Shown here: positions 56,893 through 64,000 of the stretch, one piece after another
Position numbering within the stretch: position 1 is the stretch's first letter
How the letters are laid out: every line of letters starts with the position of its first letter
Assembly: GCF_009914755.1 (NCBI RefSeq)
Contig: NC_060933.1
Source: the human T2T-CHM13v2.0 reference genome, Homo sapiens
DNA: 64,000 bases
Direction: 5' to 3' (one strand)
Program-made: the position numbers and the translations under genes
The notes under the pieces: generated by a model
The model's database searches: none
What the model was told of the DNA's origin: nothing
The model's input: the letters and a program-made list of their open reading frames with translations, nothing else

Positions 56893-59800
56893 GGAATGGA
56901 ATGGAATGGAATGGAATTGTATGGAATGGAATGGAATGGTACGGAATAGAATGGAATGGAAAGAATTGGAATGGAATGGAATGGAATGGAATGGAATGGA
57001 ATGGAATGGAATCAACCCGAGTGCAGGGGAATGTAATGGAACGGAATGTAATGGAATGGAATCATCCGGAATGGAATGGAATGGAATGGAATGGAATGGA
57101 ATGGAATGGAATGGAATCAACCCGAGTGCAATGGAATGGAGTGGAATGGAATGGAATGAAATGGAACAAACCGAATGGAATGGAATGTAATGGAGAGTAA
57201 GGGAGTTGAATAGAATCAATCCGAATGTAATGGAATGGAATGGAACGGAATGGAATTGAATGGAATGGAATGGAATGCAATGGAATGGTATCAACCCGAG
57301 TGTAATGGAATGGAGAGGAATGGAATGGAATGGAATGGAAACTACCCGAATGGAATGGAATGTAATGGAGTGTAAGGGAATTGAATAGTATCAATCCGAA
57401 TGTAATGGAATGGAATAGAACGGAATGGAATGGAATGCAATGGAATGGAATGGAATGGAATGGAATCGTTCCGAGGGGAATAGGAGAGAATGTATTCGAG
57501 TGGAATGGAAAGGAATTGAATCAACCAGAGTGGAATGGAAGGGAATGGAATGGAATGGAAACTAATAGATTAGATTGGAATCAACCCGAGTGGAATGGAA
57601 TGGAAAGGACTGAAATGGAATGGAATGGAATGGAATGGAATCAACTCGATTGTAATGGAATGGAATGGAATGGAATGGAACGGAATGGAATGGAATTAAC
57701 CCGAATACAATGGAATGGAATGGAATGGAATGGAATGGAATGGAATGGAATGGAATGGAACGGAATGGAGTGGAATGGAATGGATTCAACCCGAGTGCAC
57801 GGGAATGGAATGGAATGGAATGCAATGGAATGGAATCATCCGGAATGGAATGGAATGGAATGGAATGCAAAGCAATGGAATCAACTCGATTGCAATGGAA
57901 AGGAATGGAATGGAAAGGAATAGAATGGAATCAACCTGATTGGAATGGAATGGAAAGGACTGGAATGGAGTGGAATGGAATGGAATGGAATGGAATGGAA
58001 TGCAATGGAATGGTATGGAATGGAATGGAATGGTACGGAATAGAATGGAATGGAACGAATTGTAATGGAATGGAATTCAATGGAATGGAATGGAATGGAA
58101 TGGAATCAACGCGAGTGCAGGGGAATGTAATGGAACGGAATGCAATGGAAAGGAATCATCCGGAATGGAATGGAATGGAATGGAATGGAATGGAATCAAC
58201 CCGAGTGCAATGGAATGGAGTGGAATGGAATGGAATGGAATGGAACAACCCAAATGGAATGGAATGTAATGGAGAGTAAGGGAGTTGAATAGAATCAATC
58301 AGAATGTAATGGAATGGAATGCAACGGAATGGAATGGAATGGAATGGAATGGAATGCAATGGAATGGAATCAACCCGAGTACAATGGAATGGAATGGGAT
58401 GGAATGGAATGCCTTCAAACCGAATGGAATGGAAAGGAATGGAATCAACACGAATGGAATGGAATGGAATGGAATGGAATGGAATGGAATGGAATGATAC
58501 GGAATAGGATGGAATGGAACGAAATGGAATGGAATGGAATGGACTGGAATGGAATGGAATGGAATGGAATCGTTCCGAGTGGAATAGGAGGGAATGTATT
58601 CGAGTGGAATGGAAAGGAATGGAATCAACCAGAGTGGAATGGAAGGGAATGGAATGGAATGGAAACTAATAGAATGGAATCAACCCTAGTGGAATGGAAT
58701 GGAAAGGCCTGGAATGGAAAGGAATGGAATGGAATGGAATGGAATCGAATGGAATGGAATGGAATGGAATCAACCCGAGTGCAGGGGAATGAAATGGAAC
58801 GGAATGCAATGGAAAGGAATCATCCGGAATGGAATGGAATGGAATGGAATGGAATCAACCCGAGTGCAATGGAATGGAGTGGAATGGAATGGAATGGAAT
58901 GGAACAACCCGAATGGAATGGAATGTAATGGAGAGTAAGGGAGTTGAAAAGAATCAATCCGAATGTAATGGAATGGAATGGAACGGAATGGAATGGAATG
59001 GAATGGAATGGAATGGAATGCAATGGAAAGGAATCAACCCGAGTACAATGGAATGGAATGGAATGGAATGGAACGGAATGGAATGGAATGGAATGGAATC
59101 TTCCGTAATGGAATGGAATGGAATGGAATTGAATGCAATGGATTCAACTCGATTGCAATGGAATGGAATAGAATGGAATGGAATGGAATGGAATGGAACA
59201 GAACGGAACGGAACGGAACGGAGTGGAATGGAATGGAATGGAATTGTATGGATTGGAATGGAATGGTACGGAATAGAATGGAATGGAATGAATTGGAATG
59301 GAATGGAATGGAATGGAATGGAATGGAATGGAATGGAATGGAATGGAATCAACCCGAGTGCAATGGAATGGAGTGGAATGGAATGGAATGGAATGGAAAA
59401 ACCCGAATGGAATGGAATGTAATGGAGAGTAAGGGAGTTCAATAGAATCAATACGAATGTAATGGAATGGAAAGGAATGGAATGGAATGGAATGGAATGG
59501 AATGGAATGGAATGGAATGGAATGGAATGGAATGCAATGGAATGGAATCAACCAGAGTACAATGGAACGGAATGGAATGGAATGGAATGGAATGGAATGG
59601 AATGGAATGGAATGGAATGGAATGGAATCAACCCGAGTGCAATGGAATAGAGAGGAATGGAATGGAATGGAATGGAAACTACCCGAATGGAATGGAATGT
59701 AATGGAGTGTAAGGGAATTGAATAGAATCAATCCGAATGGAATGGAATGGAATGGAACGGAATGTAATGGAATGGAATGGAATGGAATCAACCCGAGTGC

Positions 59801-62800
59801 AGGGGAATGTAATGGAATGGAATGCAATGGAATGGAATCATCCGGAATGGAATGGAATGGAATGCAATGGAATGGAATCAACCCGAGTACAATGGAATGG
59901 AATGGAATGGAATGGAATGGAATGGAATGGAATGGAATGTCTTCAAACCGAATGGAATGGAAAGGAATGTAATCAACACGAGTGGAATGGAATGGAATGG
60001 AATGGAATGGAATGGAATGATACGGAATAGAATGGAATGGAACGAAATGGAATCGAATGGAATGGAATGGAATGGAATGGAATGGAATCGTTCCGAGTGG
60101 AATAGGAGGGAATGTATTCGAGAGGAATGGAAAGGAATGGAATCAGCAGAGAGGAATGGAAGGGAATGGAATGGAATGGAAACTAATAGAATGGAATCAA
60201 CCCGAGTGGAATGGAATGGAAAGGACTAGAATGGAATGGAATGGAATGGAATGGAATCAACTCGATTGTAATGGAATGGAATGGAATGGAATGGAATGGA
60301 ATGGAATTAACCCGAATACAATGGAATGGAATGGAATGGAATGGAATGGAGTGGAATGGAATGGAATCAACCCGAGTGCAGGGGAATGGAATGGAATGGA
60401 ATGCAATGCAATGGAATCATCCGGAATGGAATGGAATGGAATGGAATGCAAAGCAATGGAATCAACTCGATTGCAATGTAATGGAATGGAATGGAAAGGA
60501 ATACATTGGAATCACCCCGAGTGGAATGGAATGGAAAGGACTGGAATGGAGTGGAATGGAATGGAATGAAATGGAATGGAATCAACTCGATTGGAATGGA
60601 ATGGAATGGAATGGAATGGAATGGAATGGAATTAAACCGAATAGAATGGAATGGAATGGAATGGAACGGAACGGAACGGAACGGAATGAAATGGAATGGA
60701 ATGGAATGGAATGGAATGGAATCAACCCGACTGCAGGGGAATGGAATGGAATGGAAAGCAATGGAATGGATTCAACTTGAATGGAATGGAAAGAATGGAA
60801 TCAACACGAGTAGAATGGCATGGATTGGAATGGAATGGAATGGAATCAACCCGAGTACAGGGGAAAGGAATGGAATGGAATGCAAAGGAATGGAATCATC
60901 CGTAATGGAATGAAAAGGAATGGAATTGAATGGAATGGAATGCAATGGAATGGAATGGAATCAACTCGATTGCAATCGAATGGAATGGAATGGAATTAAC
61001 CCGAATAGAATGGAATGGAATGGAATGGAACGGAACGGAACGGAACGGAATGGAATGGAATGGAATGGAATGGAATGGAATGGAAAGGAATGGAATGGAA
61101 TGGAATGGAATGGAATGGAATGGAATCAACGCGAGTGCAGGGGAATGGAATGGAATGGAATGCAATGGAATGGAATCTTCCGGAATGGAATGGAATGGAA
61201 TGGAATGGAATTGAATGGAATAAACCCGAGTGCAATGGAATGGAGTGGAATGTAATGGAATGGATTGGAACAACCCGAATGGAATGGAATTTAATGGAGA
61301 GTAAGGGAGTTGAATAGAATCAATCCGAATGTAATGGAATGGAATGGAACGGAATGGAATTGAATGGAATGGAATGGAATGCAATGGAATGGAATCAACC
61401 CGAGTGCAATGGAATGGAGAGGAATAGAATGGAATGGAAACTACCCGAATGGAATGGAATGTAATGGAGTGTAAGGGAATTGAATAGAATCAATCCGAAT
61501 GTAATGGAATGGAATGGAACGGAATGGAATGGAATGGAATGGAATGGAATGGAATGGAATGCAATGGAATGGAATCAACCCGAGTGCAATCGAATGGAAT
61601 CGAATGGAATGGAATGCAATGGAATGGATTCAACTTGAATGGAATGGAAAGAATGGAATCAACACGAGTGGAATGGCATGGATTGGAATGGAATGGAATG
61701 GAATGGAATCAACCGGAGTACAGGGGAATGGAATGGAATGGAATGCAATGGAATGGAATCATCCGTAATGGAATGGAAAGGAATGGAATGGAATGGAATG
61801 GAATGGAATGAAATAGAATGGAATCAATTCGATTGCAATCGAATGGCATGGAATGGAATTAACCCGAATAGAATGGAATGGAATGGAATGGAACGGAACG
61901 GAATGGAATGGAATGGAATGGAATGGAACGGAACGGAACGGAACGGAATGGAATGGAATGGAATGGAATGGAATGGAATCAACGCGAGTGCAGGGGAATG
62001 GAATGGAATGGAATGCAATGGAATGGAATCTTCCGGAATGGAATGGAATGGAATGTAATGGAATGAAATGCAATGGATTCAACTCGATTGAAATGGAATG
62101 GAATAGAATGGAATGGAATGGAATGGAATTAACCCGAATAGAATGGAATGGAATGCAATGGAACGGAATGGAATGGAATGGAATGGAATGGAATGCAATG
62201 GAATGGAATCAACCCGAGTACAATGGAATGGAATGGAATGGAATGGAATGGAATGGAATGGAATGGAATGGAATGGAATGGAATGATACGGAATAGAATG
62301 GAATGGAACGAAATGGAATGGAATGGAATGGAATGGAATGGAATGGAATGGAATGGAATCGTTCCGAGTGGAATAGGAGGGAATGTATTCGAGTGGAATG
62401 GAAAGGAATGGAATCAACCAGAGTGGAATGGAAGGGAATGGAATGGAATGGAAACTAATAGAATGGAATCAACCCGAGAGGAATAGAATGGAAAGGACTG
62501 GAATGGAATGGAATGGAATGGAATCAACTCGATTGTAATGGAATGGAATGGAATGGAATGGAATGGAATGGAATTAACCCGAATACAATGCAATGGAATG
62601 GAATGGAACGGAATGGAGTGGAATGGAATGGAATCAACCCGAGTGCAGGGGAATGGAATGGAATGGAATGCAATGGAATGCAATCATCCGGAATGGAATG
62701 GAATGGAATGGAATGCAAAGCAATGGAATCAACTCGATTGCAATGGAATGGAATGGAATGGAAAGGAATACATTGGAATCAACCCGAGTGGAATGGAATG

Positions 62801-64000
62801 GAAAGGACTGGAATGGAGTGGAATGGAATGGAATGGAATGGAATGGAATCAACTCGATTGGAATGGAATGGAATGGAATGGAATGGAATGAAATGGAATT
62901 AACCCGAATAGAATGGAATGGAATGGAATGGAACGGAACGGAACGGAACGGAACGGAACGGAATGGAATGGAATGGAATGGAATGGAATGGAATGGAAAC
63001 AACCCGACTGCAGGGGAATGGAATGGAATGGAATGCAATGGAATGGATTCAACTTGAATGGAATGGAAAGAATGGAATCAACACGAGTCGAATGGCATGG
63101 ATTGGAATGGAATGGAATGGAATCAACCCGAGTACAGGGGAATGGAATGGAATGGAACGCAATGGAATGGAATCATCCGTAATGGAATGGAAAGGAATGG
63201 AATGGAATGGAATGGAATGGAATGGAATGGAATGGAATGGAATGCAATGGAATGGAATCTTCCGGAATGGAATGGAATGGAATGGAATGGAATGCAATGG
63301 ATTCAAATCGATTGCAATGGAATGGAATAGAATGGAATGGAATGGAATGGAATGGAATGGAATGGAATTAAACCGAATAGAATGGAATGGAATGGTATGG
63401 AACGGAATGGAACGGAACGGAACGGAACGGAGTGGAATGGAATGGAATGGAATTGTATGCAATGGAATGGAATGGTACGGAATAGAATGGAATGGAAAGA
63501 ATTGGAATGGAATGGAATGGAATGGAATGGAATGGAATGGAATGGAATCAACCCGAGTGCAGGGGAATGTAATGGAACGGAATGCAATGGAATGGAATCA
63601 TCCGGAATGGAATGGAATGGAATGGAATGGAATGGAATCAATCCGAGTGCAATGGAATAGAGTGGAATGGAATGGAATGGAATGGAACAACCCGAATGGA
63701 ATGGAATGTAATGAAGAGTAAGGGAGTTGAATAGAATCAATCCGAATGAAATGGAATGGAATGCAACAGAATGGAATGGAATGGAATGGAATGGAATGCA
63801 ATGGAATTGAATCAAACCGAGTACAATGGAATGGAATGGAATGGAATGGAATGGAATGGAATGGAATGGAATGGAATGATACGGAATAGAATGGAATGGA
63901 ACGAAATGGAATGGAATGGAATGGAATGGATTGGAATGGAATGGAATGGAATGGAATGCCTTCAAACCGAATGGAATGGAAAGGAATGAAATCAAAACGA

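Larger units (their letters stand above)
51390..58355 (+). repeat. ~3.47-kb almost identical tandem duplication (junction in the GGAAT run at ~54860-54900)
   Basis: ORF pairs offset by 3471/3466 throughout (51452/54923, 52306/55772, 52945/56411, 53915/57381, 54814/58285). Private variants CATACGTAAT, AGATTAGATT and GAGTGCACGGG occur in both copies. Confidence 0.95.
38639..63268. promoter_or_regulatory. Nine further perfect three-unit HSE motifs (motif match only)
   Basis: Seen: gGAAt/acTTCcgGAAt starting at ~38639, 40071, 41505, 43029, 53257, 56723, 61172, 62025 and 63254. Degenerate copies lie at ~45736 and 49646 (CTGCCAGAAT) and ~59095 (CTTCCGTAAT). Confidence 0.5.
1..64000 (+). repeat. 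Satellite III (HSat3)-type pericentromeric satellite array, G-rich (GGAAT)n strand on +
   Basis: Seen: continuous GGAAT pentamers over the whole window, interrupted at short irregular intervals by CAACCCGAGT, CAACTCGATT, TAACCCGAAT and CATCCGGAAT. Established: (ATTCC)n interspersed with A(C/T)TCGGGTTG defines human/ape satellite III. Inference: probably an HSat3B-like subfamily; the chromosome and species cannot be assigned from this window alone. Confidence 0.97.
38591..64000 (+). repeat. HSat3 sub-domain B2 (dialect B)
   Basis: Seen: the same marker set as B1. CGTTC...GGAATAGGAG modules at ~39298, 40925, 42219, 43758, 45072, 48992, 54001, 57467, 58571, 60089 and 62360. Frequent 1-bp phase shifts. 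Confidence 0.75.

Noticed and set aside
51390-58355. Assignment to Y-chromosome DYZ1 because of a ~3.5-kb unit
   Set aside because: Only two copies exist and no ~3.5-kb period runs through the window. The length similarity looks coincidental.
60-63320. ATTGCAAT as a C/EBP site and TAACCCGAAT as a DUX4 site
   Set aside because: ATTGCAAT lacks the central 2 bp of ATTGCGCAAT, and TAACCCGAATA does not fit the spacing of the TAAYBBAATCA consensus.
177-63570. G-quadruplex at GCAGGGG motifs
   Set aside because: G4 runs are isolated and typically hundreds of bases apart, and the background has only GG doublets, so there is no canonical four-tract pattern.
13-63995. Hundreds of ORFs (MEWNG-like on +, HSIPF-like on -) as protein-coding genes
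   Set aside because: The 5-bp repeat has no stop codon in any frame and supplies an ATG every 5 bp. ORFs overlap in all six frames with the same low-complexity content and no domain or gene structure.
1-64000. CRISPR-like array (constant decamers separated by variable-length stretches)
   Set aside because: The intervening stretches are GGAAT pentamers rather than unique spacers, the decamers are too short, and there are no cas genes.
1-64000. Satellite II (HSat2)
   Set aside because: HSat2 is dominated by diverged CATTCGATTC-type ~23-26-bp units with poorly conserved pentamers. Here long perfect GGAAT runs with CAACCCGAGT dominate.
1-64000. Strand inversion or L1/Alu/other insertion
   Set aside because: No (ATTCC)n tract on the + strand, no poly(A) tail and no non-satellite stretch was seen.
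1-64000. Specific chromosome assignment (e.g. 9q12)
   Set aside because: The decamer-rich composition is compatible with it, but similar arrays exist on several chromosomes and in other apes. This needs k-mer mapping to complete assemblies.

Overview
The whole 64-kb window is one uninterrupted primate satellite III (HSat3-type) array. It consists of (GGAAT)n on the + strand, punctuated by the classical CAACCCGAGT / CAACTCGATT / TAACCCGAAT decamers. I see no credible protein-coding gene, RNA gene, transposon insertion or strand inversion, and the ORF track is an artefact of the stop-free pentamer. The array is not homogeneous. (1) It alternates between two variant 'dialects': A at ~1-8.5 kb and ~17-38.6 kb, B at ~8.5-17 kb and ~38.6-64 kb. 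(2) It is built from nested, in-register tandem duplications of about 55, 95, 250, 555, 760, 800, 3,000, 3,470, 3,900 and 5,700-6,500 bp, plus an older ~30-kb paralogy. (3) Dialect B carries a recurrent ~250-300 bp cassette: a 14-bp palindrome, (GGAAC)n, CAACGCGAG, then a perfect three-unit heat shock element GGAATCTTCCGGAAT. Dialect A has no such HSE but holds almost all AATAAA hexamers. This motif partitioning is the most interesting lead, but any functional reading is inference. Counts and boundaries were made by eye and from ORF-track offsets, so they are approximate.
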